From assembly GCF_004010195.1 (NCBI RefSeq), contig NC_057718.1, positions 17,614,028 to 17,678,027 of the forward strand: a DNA stretch of 64,000 bases, in the 5' to 3' direction. Positions 1-12,661 of the stretch are shown one piece after another (the first letter of the stretch is position 1; every line of letters starts with the position of its first letter). Below the pieces are notes generated by a model, which saw nothing but the letters and a program-made list of their open reading frames with translations, searched no databases and had not been told where the DNA came from. Both the position numbers and the translations under genes were made by a program. This DNA comes from Chiloscyllium plagiosum. Taxonomy: Eukaryota.

Positions 1-362
1 CGCAGATGACAAGCAACATGAATTCGACTGGGACAGCACTACTATTATAGGACAAGCCAAACAGAGAACAGCCAGGGAATTCCTAGAGGCATAGCACTCA
101 TCCACTGATTCAATCAATAAGCACATCGACCTGGACCCAATATACCGGCCACTGCAGCGGACAGCTGGAACTGACAACTGGAAGCGGCAGAGACAAACCA
201 CTATAAATGCCGGAGGAAACATCACAGAAGCGCTTCACAGGATGCTCCCAAGCACTGAGGATGTCACCTAGACAGGGGACGAAACGTCTGCAACACAAAT
301 TCTCGGCTCGGCGAACAGAACCACAACAACGAGCACCCGAGCTACAAATCTTCTCCCAAACT
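1..362 (+). mobile_element. Penelope-like retroelement 3' end (GIY-YIG C-terminus plus pseudo-LTR)
   Basis: Frame 2 reads ADDKQHEFDWDSTTIIGQAKQRTAREFLEA*HSSTDSINKHIDLDPIYRPL, the H-x-FDW...R.FLE....IN motif of PLE endonucleases, with one in-frame stop; followed by a hammerhead. Confidence 0.9.
252..291 (+). ncRNA. Minimal type I hammerhead ribozyme in PLE pseudo-LTR
   Basis: gca-CUGAGGA-u-[guc a ccu agac agg g gac]-GAAA-C-GUC-ugc; stem I gca/ugc, palindromic stem III ACGU, predicted cleavage after C288. Confidence 0.8.
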
Positions 363-1270
363 TTATTCCCAATACCTTCAGCAACCCCAGATCAGGAACA
401 GAAGAACAATGTCTAAGCTGCAGACTTCATCACAGGAGGAGACCGTTTAGTCCATCATTTCCATGCTGGGACTATCTACGACAATTAGAATAATCTGGTC
501 TATTAATATTTTGCTTCTTAAAGTGTTTATCTGGTGACTTTTTAAGTACATGGGTTCAAAAGACACTTTTGAAATTGATTCCAATCTCTAATAATTTCTC
601 ATTTTCCCACCTTCCTTCTAAACTTCCTGCATATTATCAGCATTCAATAATATTGATGCCCCATCCTTACTGATTTATTGCTCAGGACAAATAAAATTTT
701 GTTTGTTCTTTCACAATCTTGAACTCTTCATTTCTACCTTCCTTACCTTGGTATACGGTCCTTCATTTTCAAGTCCCTCCTTATTAGGCAAAGTCACAAT
801 TGTCCCAGAGGGATGTCCTCTCATTAGAAAGAGATACAACTAGTCATGGTTTACGTCGAAGGTCCCCTCACCTCAGGCAAGGGGAGAGATTGAGAAAGTA
901 AGTTTTCATGGTAAGCTCAGCTCGTGCTGGAATTGAATCTATGCTATTTGTATCACTTTGCATTGTAAGCCAGCTTGCTAGCCAACTGAACTAACCATAT
1001 CGGTGATGTTATAGGGTAGGCCATGTTGGCTGTAGGGAACAAATTTCTTTATGCTGTTCTTCAAAGCACTGCCCTTGCATCATCAAATATATTAAAGCCA
1101 GATGGAAGCTTTTTCATATGCTTTGAGCTGCTGAGATAGCTCAGCATGGATTTACTTTGTTGAAGGGTCACTCGAGCCGAAATGTTAACTCTGATTTCTC
1201 TCCACAGATGCTGCCAGACCTGCTGAGTTTTTCCAGCAATTTTATTTTAGCTTTATTGAATACTTTTTAA

Positions 1271-1540
1271 ATTGATTTGATTTGATTTATTATTGTCACA
1301 CGTACCTAGGTACAGTGAAAAGTTTTGTTTTGTGTGCGGTTTAGGCAGCTCATACCATGCAAAGTGCAACAGGGTAATAGAACAGAGTGAAGAATACAAT
1401 ATTACAGCTGGAGAAAAAGTGCCAAGGGAGCCACATCAATATTGAATGTAAAATTTGAGAAGTCCATTCAGAAGTCTAATAACAAGGGGGGGGGGGGGGG
1501 GGGGGGGGGAAGGAAAGCTGTTCTTGAATCTGTTGGTACA
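1271..1540 (-). mobile_element. Rex/Babar-like LINE 3' end with (ATCAA)n tail; second copy at ~57450-57693 (+)
   Basis: The 57450 copy encodes FKNSFFPAVIRPLN; both share ttcactgtac.taggtac..gt.a.aat.ataaatcaaatca; a G24 run lies at 1486-1509. Confidence 0.65.
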
Positions 1541-1552
1541 TCTAGAAAATGG

Positions 1553-2300
1553 AACATAGAATAATACAGTGGAGAACAGGTCCTTCGGCCCTCGATGTTG
1601 CACCGACCTGTGAATTATTCTCAGCTCGTCCCCCTACACTATCCCCAAATCATTCATGTGCTTATCTAAGGATTGTTTAAATCTCCCTAATGTGGCTGAG
1701 TTAACTACATTAGCAGGTAGGGCATTCCACGCCCTTACCACTCTCTGCGTAAAGAACCTGTCTCTGACATCTGTCTTAAATCTATCACCCCTCAATTTGT
1801 AGTTATGCCCTCTCGTACAAGCTGACGTCATTGTCCTAGGAAAAAGTCTTTCACTGTCTGCATTATCTAATCCTCTGATCATCTTGTATGTCTCCATCAA
1901 ATCCCTCCTTTGTCTTCTTCCTTCCAATGAGAACAGACCCAAGTCTCTCAGCCTTTCCTCATAAGACCTTCCCTCCAGACCAGGCGACATCCTGGTAAAT
2001 CTCCTTTGCAATGCTTCCACATCCTTTCTGTAATGGGATGACCAGAACTGTACACAATATTCCAAGTGTGGCCGCACCAGCGTTTTGTATAGTTGCAGCA
2101 TGATATTGCGGTTCCAGAACTCAATACCTCTACAAATGAAACCTAACACACCGTATGCCTTCTTAACAGTATTATCCATCTGGGTGGCAACTTTCAGGGA
2201 TTTATGCACATGGACTCCAAGATCCCTCTGCAAGAATCTTTCCATTGACCCAGTACTCTGCCTTCCTGTTATTCTTCCCAAAGTGCATCACCTCACATTT
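1553..2300 (-). mobile_element. CR1 LINE, 5'-truncated (ORF2 C-terminus plus 3'UTR)
   Basis: ORF 1634-2281: LYKTLVRPHLEYCVQFWS...YEERLRDLGLFSLE...FFTQRVVRAWNALP. Confidence 0.95.
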
Positions 2301-4732
2301 AGTTCAAGGTTCTGTACCTCTGCTCGATGGAAAAAGTTGGGAGAGAATGTAACTGGATTCTAATGTTGTTTCACAAAATGAGTTTTGAGTTCACTGAAAT
2401 TGCTGATCCTTCAACTTCAATCTTCCTTATTTCTTCTTTTTCTAATCTTTTTGTTTAAATTTCCATCTTTCCTTTTCCAGAAGCCATGACCCCACTCGGG
2501 AAGAACCTTTTTTTAAATTTTGAAAACGCACCATCAAATAAAAAAAAATCAAACGCAGCCCGGGGTGAAGAACCCAGCTCTTTTTTATATTGTCTAGTCA
2601 ACCTGTTCAGTGATGTTCTTACAAACCTGTGTGGGACGTGAACTTGGGTTGCAGAGCTGCAGAGGCACTACCACCGCAGAAACAAGATCCCTCGAAATCT
2701 TCTGTATTTCTATCGTTTTAATCAACTAATTCAGTGATATTATTATACACCTCTGGAGCAGATGGGAGTTGAAGCTGGGGGTCCTGGTCCAGGAGTAGGG
2801 ATATTACCACAGCCTTTTCTCTATTTCAGCACCATTAATAAACACTTCAGCTATCTTTTTTTTATTGAAAGCCTAGATAATTTAAGTACTGAATCTGAAG
2901 GAATGTGGGTTATGATGAGATTTGTGGTGGATTTGGACGAGATATCTGATGCGGTCTATCTTGATGTCTGGAGCATCTTGCTGCATCGTTTGCTGCGTGG
3001 TGAAAACGTTTCTCATTCGGCTGCAGTGAGTTGCCAATGAAGGGGGAATTTTTGCTTGTTAAGCACTCTATGAAGGCCAAACCTCACCTTAATAATACTC
3101 AGCTCATGTCACCAAACTTTCTGAACGAGCTACATGTTGAGAACTCTCTCAACATGGAAATCAGAGCAGGCACCTGGCAAGTTCAGATCATCACTTGGAC
3201 ACTGGGCACCATCATCTTAAGGTATACTGAATGGATACCAATCACACAAACCCATGTACATGAACACTGGCATCCAACTTGTGCTAGCCTCTAGGAACCC
3301 TTATGGCACATCTCTGATCCACCTGAATACTTTTTCTTATACTCCAATGCTGCACCTTGAGTGTAATGCTATAGCAAGGATATTGTGTGATCAGGGACGT
3401 GCACCTAACTCAGGGACTTCTTTATCATAGCACTCACTCAGTACCCACTTGGATACTCACAGCATCCCTGCCCTGCCTGATTGCACTCTGTCCCCTCCCC
3501 CAGAGATACTAGACTTGTACTACTTCTGTCTCCCTGCTCAGACCAGTTGACATAGTCTAGTGTCATGGTCTCCTCTGCTGGTCCTGAGATGGTGAACGTC
3601 CTGTGGCAACAACACCCCATCCAGCAAGTCTTCCAGGTTCCTGCCCTCATAGTGGAACAATTTCCCTGTGTTTGCTCAGTCTGGTGCAAATATCAGAAAC
3701 TGTGCAGGGCCGCTTTTAAAGATGGCTTTCGCAAAAGTGATATCAGTCTTGCGACGGATATCCAAAAAGTGGCAAGTTCTGGGGACAACTCGTGGTAAGA
3801 TGGGACAAGAATTGATAGGAGGGACTCCATACGGGTGAGGCAAGCAGTTAATGTGGTGAATTTGGTACCAGGACTCACAGTGAGAATCCTTGCAAAAAAA
3901 AGTAACACAATTTGCACTTTGCCAAAAACTGCAAGATTTAGCTTAATGTCTCTAACATTGCAAAATACAAGAAGCAGCGCATTGGAGAAAACGTGCTTAT
4001 AGGATGTTTCATCCTGTGAAATTGTTTGAAGGTGCTTCACTCTTCATATTCATTCTTTTGTTGAAGTTTACTATTGAATGAGAGGAACAGTCATTTAATA
4101 GAGATGAGATTGTTAAATAATCTGGAAACCAATGAGTCGGACAGAATGCCAGGCCACTCAGGTACTACATTACAATTAGGGCTTCATCACCCAGACTTGC
4201 AACATTGACCTGTACTGACTGCATGATGGGGCGCAAAACTGTTAACACCTCAAGGCAATTGACATCTGTTAGTTGTGCCCTCTGGCTGTCGACAAAGGAG
4301 AGGGGAGCTCAGGAAAACAAGGCTGGAACAATTACAGCAGATTCACGTTGATGGATCGTAAACAGATGGTGGGAGATCCTATTCTTACCAGCAGAAAGAG
4401 GATGAAAGGGAGGTTAATGCCAGGAACCACGATCCTAGGGCACGTTTTGTTCTTTGATGGGATGTGTGCATCATTGGCTCGGCCAGCATTTATTGGCAAT
4501 CCCAAGTTGCCATGGAGAAGGTGGTGGTAAAGTGCTTTCTAGAACTGCTGCACTTCATTTGGTGTAGGTGGACCCACAAAGCCTTTGGGTAGGGAGTTTC
4601 TGAACTTTGACCCAGCAACGTTGAAGGAACAGTGATCTATTTCCAATTCAGGATAGTGTGTGGCTTGGAGGGGAACTTGCAGATAGTGGTGTTCCAATGC
4701 AGCTGCTGCCCCTGTCCTTCACAATGGGTGAT

Positions 4733-5520
4733 TCATAGTCATAGAGATGTACAGCATGGACACTGACCCTTGGTCCAACTCGTTCCATGCCAACCAGATA
4801 TCCCAACCCTATCTAGTCCCATCTGCCAGCACCCTCCAGACCCTTCCTATTTATATACACATCCAGATGCCTTTTAAATGTTGCAATTGTACCAGCCTCC
4901 ATCACTTCCTCTGGCAGCCCATTCCACACACGCACCACCCTCTGCATGAAAAGGTTGCCCCTTAGGTCTCTTTAAAATCTTTCCCCTCTCACCCTAAACC
5001 TATGCCCTCTAGTTCTGGAGTCCTCCATCCCTGGGAAAAGACCTTGTCTATTTACCCTATCCATGCCCCTCATGACTTTATAAACGTCTCCCCTCAGCCT
5101 CTGACACTCCAGGGAAAACAGCCCCAGCCTTGTCAACCTCTCCCTATAGCTCAAATCCTCCAACCCTGACATCCTTGTAAATATTTTCTGAACCCTTTCA
5201 AGTTTCACAACATCCTTCTGATAGGAAGACCAGAATCACACGCAATATTCCAACAGTGGCCTAACCAATGTCCTGTATAGCCACAACATGACCTCCCAAC
5301 TCCTGTACTCAATATTCTGACCAATAAAGGAAAGCATAACAAACACCTTCTTCACTATGCTATCTACCTGCTACTCCACTTTCAAGGAGCTACGAACATG
5401 CACTCCAAGGTCTCTTTGTTCAGCAACACTCCCTAGAACCTAACCATTAAATGTTTAAGTCCTGCTAAGATTTGCTTTCCCAAAATACAGCACCTTAATT
5501 TAAACTCCATCTGCTACTCC
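4733..5520 (-). mobile_element. CR1 LINE 3' fragment
   Basis: LERVQKIFTRM..LSYRERLTRLGLFSLE..TRGHRFRV; ctatga-type tail. Confidence 0.92.
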
Positions 5521-5858
5521 TGTGGGTTTTGAAGGTGTTGGTGGGTTGCTGCTGGAAGTGACACTCTCTTCTGTTCTGCCCATAGCTTCAGCCAAACTCC
5601 ATGTCACTTGCCTACACTCAATGTACACTTTATTTCCTTCCCCTCCAAATTCACACACCTTTGAATTTCTGGGCCACTAATGTATTTCTGGTTGAGGTGG
5701 GATTGTTGGGCAAGCAATCTTGCTAGGTCTTCACTGCCTATTTCAACAGGCAGACAAGAGAAAGCAACATACTGCGGATGGATATCTGGAAGAAAAATTG
5801 AAAATCATGGAAATGTTCAGCAGATCTGCCAGCATCTGCAGGAAGAGAAACAGAGTTA

Positions 5859-6043
5859 GGAGATAGTGAGGACTGCAGATGCTAGAGAGTCAGAATTGAT
5901 AAAGTGTGGTGCTGGAAAAAGCACAGCAGGTCAGGCAGCATCTGAGGAGCAGGAGAGTTAAGGGTCCTACCTGTAACGTCGACTCTCCTGCTCCTCGAAT
6001 GCTGCCTGACCTGCTGTGCATTTTCCAGCACCACACTTTATCG
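5859..6043. mobile_element. Inverted (hairpin) PLE pLTR insertion nested in an older pLTR-like fragment
   Basis: 15-bp TSD agagaaacagagtta at 5844-5858 and 6044-6058; the arms are reverse complements. Confidence 0.8.
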
Positions 6044-6609
6044 AGAGAAACAGAGTTAATATTTTCGGTCTGCGACATTAACTGTTTGCTGTGTTTCTTG
6101 TAGGAATGTCTACCTTGAAGGGTTTGCCCTTCTTTTCTCTGATGGGATTTCAATTGGTCTTTTCCACATTGCTCCCTCTCTCTTGTGTCTGATCAGATTT
6201 CCACCAAAAACTCTCTCCCTGCCACGTTAGCAACTACCTCCAGCTCCAACATATTCTGTGTGCATTCTGACTGAGATTAGAAGCCTCATGTCTTGGATCC
6301 ACCCAACATTACAGAACAGGGTTTTAACTAAAGGTCATGGATCTGACCCATTGACAGTTCCTGTCTCCACAGACGCTTGGTGCTTCCAGTAATTTTAATT
6401 CAGGCAGAACAGATGTCCAGTAATGAAGGAAAAAAGTAAAAGATATTTTGCTCAGCTCCACAATTCCCTACAGTATTATTGTCTGTCTGCTCCAATGTCA
6501 GATGAGCCCAATGCTATTTGATAAGTGCAAGCTTTTGCTCAATGACCTGCATGTGCCTTGGAGGTGGCCACTTTAAATTTAGGCTGGGTCAGGATCACAA
6601 CTATAAACA

Positions 6610-7660
6610 GGAGGAGTGGGTTTAACGATGTTTATTGTGCTGTCAAGAGCGAATTTACAAGAAAATGCCTTACATTTAAAAAAAAGTAAACAAGCCAACT
6701 GCGGAACTGCAGTGCACTCCAAGTGCCACATACGCATCTATTTGAGAAATATTTTGCATTATCTTACATTAGCACAACAGTAACCAAAGTACAAGAGTGA
6801 AATGGATACAGTACGTAGTGGACAGCAATCTTTCTTCCCCTCATTTTTTTTTAAAAAAGCATCTTACCCCATATGTCCTGCATTCTGTTAGTTCTTTTTT
6901 ATGACACCTCCAAAATTCAACCACAATCACAAAAATAAGAAACAAGTAGTGAAATAATACCTGTTTTAAAAAAAACTCAACATAATTTTTTTGGTTGGGA
7001 AAAAAATAAACAATTGGTCTTGATCATACAGGAAGAATTCTATTCCCATATACAAGTGGGGAGAGTTAGGGATGGGATGGCAGGGGAGACTAAGTTGGGG
7101 TGGGGTGTAGAGACAGCAAAGAAAACAAGTTTCAAGAGATAACCATCACTGTGTGGGAACAATGAAACAGTCACGTAGACAGGAAAAAATCTCGACCCTT
7201 AATTAAACCAGATCACCTTTCTTTTTCCTTCCGTACAAATAGCGCAAAAAAAACTGTACATCTTGCGATGTTCTAACTTTTCATTAATCTTCAGATTAAT
7301 AAATTAGGTCAAACAATAAATTAGATTTTTTTTCAGCTTCAAGTTCAGCAAGCTCCGACCCCAAGTATCTACAACAATACTTGAGAATTCCACTATGAAA
7401 CACAAGTACAAATGTTTTCACATTAAAGCAAACTGGGAAATGGTTTTCTCATGAAAGCACTTTATAAAGGTATTACACAAAAAAGGGCTAATTAGTACAA
7501 AAAGTGCCAAGACCTGTCTTTTGTTTTTAATACATTTAGTAAGTTATAACCACGAATAGGCATACTACAAAAAAAAAGTCCAGCTTATCAATGCAAACAT
7601 TCCAGTAGTTCTTTTGTTAGTAACTTTTCAGTACCAGGAACCATGTCAATTATTTTGTCT
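6610..7660 (-). other. Probable distal CRIM1 3'UTR block
   Basis: U-rich on minus strand, repeat-free. Seed matches for miR-17/20 (7501-7507), miR-23 8mer (7417-7424), miR-101 8mer (6807-6814) and miR-148/152 (6710-6716); ends at an AATAAA. Confidence 0.5.
6631..6636 (-). terminator. Candidate distal poly(A) signal AATAAA
   Basis: tttatt on + strand where the UTR-like composition ends. Confidence 0.55.
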
Positions 7661-10206
7661 CTCTCTCCCCCTCAACGTATGTTTGTGATGCCTTTCAATG
7701 CCATCTGGAGCTCTTCACAATTACCCATAATACATACTTCAATAGAGGAAATAAATCATGTTCGCCCAAAATGGACAGCCTCCATTTGCATAGCACCTTT
7801 AAGTTGGGGGTAAAATGTAAGTACCCCCGTGGTGCCTCATAGGAAAGCAGTGGGACAATAGTTGAAAGGAAGGGATATTGGAATGAGTGACTAAAGGTTT
7901 GGCCAAAGAGGTAGGTTTCAAGAAGTGTTTCATGGGGAGAAGAGAGAGGTGGTATGGGTAATGTAGCTGAAGGCTATTCTGGGGACAAAGGATGAGGTGG
8001 CCAGAGGATAATGGCCAGAGTTGGAGATGTCCAACTTCTGATGGGACACGTTGAGGTTTGGGCTCCCTGGACCTCGTGTTAATGTTTTCTTTGCACAATG
8101 GCCCTTTAATTAGTGTGTGCAGGAAGAGAGGGTGGTCTTCCCACTACCCCCTTCTCCAGGAATGAAGCTCCGCTGCATTGACCAACATCTCTGTCCACTG
8201 GCAATGCCAAGCAGGAGTGCTGAGCACTCATGGGTGCTGCAGGAAAGGCAGGAGGTGACAGTCAGCGATGGATCTGAATATTCCAGTGGCTCTGAGATTA
8301 CTCTTGGGCCAGCAGGCTGACAGATCCCAGCAATGGGTGGCGGGTAGTGTGTCTGACTGGTTAGTGCAGAAGAAGGCGCACTCTGATAGACACAGGGCAC
8401 CTTGACACAGGCTCCTCAATTCTATCAGCCAGCAGTGTGTGGGGTTTATCTCCCAGTCTCCATGTTGGGTGCAGCTCTCCTGCCACTCATTACATCAAGT
8501 GCTGTTGAGGAAGGTAGGGGAGGGGGAGGCCTTTAATGTGGCATTAAACGCCCACTTAAGGCCTTCGATTGGTACAATCATGGGCTACACACTCAATCCC
8601 ACCTCCATTCCTGCTCTTCCCTGTAATCTTGCTTGGAGCAGGGTTGGATAGACAGACAGCAGGAAAATGCTGGCTCACCTTCTCCTGGCTCCGCCTGTCC
8701 TACAATCCCATTGGTGAGTGGCCTGTAGCATTCAGCGCCATGGAACTGGGAGGGGGGTGTGTGGGGATGGGTAGTGGTAGATGGAGGGTGACAACACATT
8801 CTGGGACCTCTCAGAGAAAAGGGAAGTTTGAGATGGGGTGACAGCTATTAAGGACAGTAGGGTAGGGAGGGTAGTTCAAGGGTGTTCATGCTTTTCAGGG
8901 AAGTGATGTCCGAGGATGAGAGAGGGAACCACTTACAACACATGCTGTTGTGCATGTTAGGTAGAGAAGCTGTTTCACAGGAACTGGATCGACACAGGAT
9001 GTGTTAGCTCTCAGGGACAAGGTGAGGTCAGATATGGCTGAACAAGAACCAAAGTGAAAGACATGAGTTCAGGACAAGGGCAGTGTGAAGTGAAGGAATA
9101 ACTATACTTTTATTCTAAGAACAACTCCTGGGCATGTTACACGGTAGCAATCACAAGGTACTGGGAGTTGGGTGTGCAGGGTTCCAGAAGATGGCCTGTC
9201 TTACCATCCCTTGTGTATCGAGTTATGTCTAACAGCCTGTTATTGTTCACTCACTCGAGTCAGACTTCATCATCCTTCAGGTGAGAGCGTTGGGGGGGGG
9301 GGGAGGCATTCCCTCAGCTTGGTGGACAAGGGAAGGAGGACCACGTAGCAGACACAACTCAACAAAAGAGCTCCACTATACTGACACAGCCCATGAGCTC
9401 TTTTGTGTTTGTTAGAGGTGGGTTTGGAGTGGCTTAAGAGGTCAGTGGTTCATGGAGAAAATAATCCAGAGTTCCCTTTGGAGGAAAATATTTTGTTTTC
9501 AGTCAATTGTGGAGCTGTGATCAGTTTTGACAAAGAACAGGGTCGATTACACTTTGTGTAGTTCAGTCGGATCCAGTGATTAACAGCTTAAACCGCAATG
9601 AGGGGTAAATAGGTAAAAGTCTGTGCCTCTTGAATTTGAGGGAGTGATGATAGACACCATCCCAGGGAGGGAAAAGAGGGAGGATTTTACTCAGAGGGGA
9701 GGAGATGATTTAATAATCAGCTGTGAACGGAGGCCCCAAGGCTGAACTGTTGAGGCTGCAGGTTTACCGAGGTGGATGTAAAATGACACAGAGGTAGGAG
9801 AGGAATGTGATCGGTGGTGGGGAGCAATAGTAGAGATGACAGGCGGTGTGAGGGGGTGAACATTGAAATCACTGGTGAGAAATCCAATCTCTCTTGTCTA
9901 AGGAAGGACTTCTGAACTACATACTGATCAGGCAGTGGCAAGGCCACCCGAGCTTTACCCTACACTCAAGACCCAGGTTTGGAAGGTTTAAGGTGGAAGG
10001 ATTTGAATATACTACCAGCCTAATTAAATACTATCCCCACCTCTCTCCCAGGTTTGCCAACTACATGGGGAGAAGACTCTGTGTACTAAGCACAGGTTCC
10101 CTTGTCTCTAGGAACACATAAAACGACAACAGGAGGATGTGGAATGATGCTGAAAATGTGTTGCTGGAAAAGCACAGCAGGTCAGGCAGCATCCAAGGAA
10201 CAGGAG

Positions 10207-10242
10207 AATCGACGTTTCGGGCATAAGCCCTTCTTCAGGAAT
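10207..10242 (-). ncRNA. Minimal hammerhead ribozyme core in PLE pLTR fragment (fragment 10148-10242)
   Basis: Minus strand auuc-CUGAAGA-a-GGGC-uuau-GCCC-GAAA-C-GUC-gauu; core intact, stem I weak. Confidence 0.7.
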
Positions 10243-10759
10243 GGTGCCCTTCATTGGCCACCAACTGCAGCTTGGCTTGGCTTGGCTGTCTGATACCTGT
10301 TCCTGCTCGCTGTAACGTGGGAGACAGGTTGGAATGAATGGGCAGGCCAGCTGTCCATTTTACAATCTCCCCTACACATCAGCCCCCTGGGCCCTGCCTT
10401 TAAATATGGTAGGGAGGGCTGCGGGAGGGGGCGCGGGGGGAGGAGTACAATTCACCCTTTTGTTTCTCTCCACGAACACCAGCATCATCCTGCAAAGTTT
10501 GTCTGGCGTCTTCTGTTCTTAGTTCAGACTTCCAGCAGCATCTGTGGTGTTCTGGTCTCCGATAAGACTGAGCCCAATCCTGTTCTCGCTGGTAGGTGTG
10601 CCGTGAGGGAGCAGGGACACTGGCCGAATCATTCCCTCCTGAAGCTGGGAGGCGTGAGGCCATTCACTGGCTCCCTTACCGATGCCCTAGCTGACAGGGG
10701 TTGCTTTCAGCATGGCCTGGGAATTGCGACTGGGACCTCCTTGTCCTGTGAGTTAAGCT

Positions 10760-12478
10760 CTGCACCGGACGTTGAGTTTTATTCACTCTGCCACTGGGGA
10801 CACTTCTGTTATTGTATTTTACAAATAGAGAGCCTGGTGCATTCAGGGAAGAGAAAAAAAAACTGCCTGTCAAAACTTCTGCAAGAAGGGGGAGAAAAAA
10901 GACAAAACAAGTACAAAGCACACTGTTTATAATAGGAACCAAAAAAGAAATGCTGCCCAGTGCATAATATCCTTATGGTTAAATTGCAACAGGAATCAAA
11001 CAACAGACTAACACAATAAGCTGTACAAGTTAATCAACGACATAGTAGCTGGATAAAAAAAAGACTAACTTTTAAGTGGGGGAGAAAAAATTCAGGATCG
11101 GCAAGCATTGGTACTGTATTATGGATAACTGTGAGACCCATTTTGCGATCTTTAAAGCCCTTCAGAGGCTGAAATCAGAAGTAGCAAGAGCAGTGCTGAA
11201 GCCGTCAGCAAAAAGGCACAAAATCTTAGGTAAAATGAGATGCTCTTTCCTTTTGGGAGTCCTGTGAGCCATCAAGCACTAAAATGGAATGACTGTTTAG
11301 CTAATTTTTTTTTAAACTGGATAAAATCTCTCTAGGATATAAATACATTAAACAGGAAAACATAGAAAATTATATATATGTACAAATACTTTTGTTTTAG
11401 CATAATATATATTAACATAAATATTCCTATAATGCTAATGTTTCACAAAGCATAATCTCCTTTTTCTGAGCTTCAAAAAAGGTGCTTGAGTAATATATAA
11501 TTACGAAGCTTCCTACCACGGAAGCAGTCTCTAGTCTGCATACCAGTAAGTACAAAACCCAGTCTCTTTTTCTCATTCAATATCGAGCAGGAACTTTGTC
11601 CAACAAAGTTTCTTCTATTGTCCACCTTCCGAAACTCTTAGGAAGCCACCAGAGAGGCTGGTGGTTTTCAGGGAAAAGCCTGCTGTGGTTGTCCTCATCT
11701 CTGGTAGTATCTTTACATGATCCAGTGCTAATATCATACAAAACAAAAAAAAAGGAAGTTTAGGCCGCAGCCTCGCGCTATCCTTGCCAACCAACTGGCC
11801 ATTAAAAAGCAGCACACATATACTTTAAGATGGCCTCAGTCAACCCACCCTTAACATCTGCCATGCTCTTAAAAACAACAACAGCAACAAAAACCAAAAA
11901 CAAAAATCCATGTTATCTTTTTGAGTTTCTATGTGTACAGAAAACATTGTCTCTATGGTAGGCCTGGGACCATGCTGACACTCTTATGTAGTTTGTACTT
12001 GTGGCACACTCTAGGACGTTCATGCCAAGGGCTCTTTCTCTCTAGTTTTCGGTGGGTTAGGCTTTGTCATTAATGGGTACAGAGAGCGAGAAAACTTAAG
12101 GAGTCTACAAACTTGGAAAGTTGCTGTTTGGTAGTCAACCTGAAAGGATTCTTCTTCCACATAATGTCCTTCACCTCTCTACAGCTATATATTACATGCA
12201 GATAAACCCATAGTAACTTTAACTTTGGTGCTAAAGTGTTCTAGAAAACACTTGGTCAAATATCACAAGGAAAAGCGGGAATGATTCTTTTTCTCTCTCT
12301 GGCACACTGTAGGAGTGAAACGGAGCCCATCCTGATAAAGTCTCAGAGCTGTACATGAATTCACAAACCCAATACAGTCCATTAAGCAAGTGCACAATTG
12401 TAGCTGGTTTTTTTTGTGATTTTTTTTTGTTTTTTTTGTAGCGGGTAAAGAAAAAGTCTTTCTGCATAGAGAGGTGTC
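10760..12478 (-). other. CRIM1: CRIM1 proximal 3'UTR block
   Basis: Directly follows the stop; U-rich and free of recognisable repeats. Seed matches for miR-15/16 (11808-11814), miR-18 (11479-11485), miR-124 (11213-11219) and miR-148/152 (10958-10964); Pumilio element UGUACAUA (11377-11384). The 3' boundary is uncertain. Confidence 0.75.
10778..10783 (-). terminator. Candidate proximal poly(A) signal AATAAA
   Basis: tttatt on + strand at the edge of the AT-rich UTR block; no clear GU-rich downstream element. Confidence 0.4.
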
Positions 12479-12661
12479 TCACACCGTTTGATAGAAGCTG
12501 TCCACTTGTAAATTGTTTTGCTTTGTGTTTGGCATGCTGTAGAAGCCACTGTGTCTGGAATCTGGGTCTGCCATTCTCAGCATCCTCTGGGAGCTGTCCA
12601 CCTGAACCATGGTTCCTTTCTTACAGTCCACGTACACCAACTGGTTGTTCAGACACGAGGG
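12479..12661 (-). CDS. CRIM1: CRIM1 last coding exon (~17), cytoplasmic tail and stop; 183 nt
   Basis: Manual translation PSCLNNQLVYVDCKKGTMVQVDSSQRMLRMADPDSRHSGFYSMPNTKQNNLQVDSFYQTV*; acceptor ctctaacag|; TGA at 12481-12479. Confidence 0.97.
   Translation of the reverse strand, partial: PSCLNNQLVYVDCKKGTMVQVDSSQRMLRMADPDSRHSGFYSMPNTKQNNLQVDSFYQTV

Noticed and set aside
2990..3700. Possible Harbinger-type transposase remnant (similar impression for 8090-10000)
   Set aside because: Only faint motif resemblance; no terminal repeats or convincing translation could be defined by eye
1..6600. Last exons of FEZ2, the convergent neighbour of CRIM1 in mammals
   Set aside because: I found no VPSLLTDYILKVLCPT-like coding sequence on the + strand; the weak LLNYIL resemblance at ~9907 lacks further similarity and splice context
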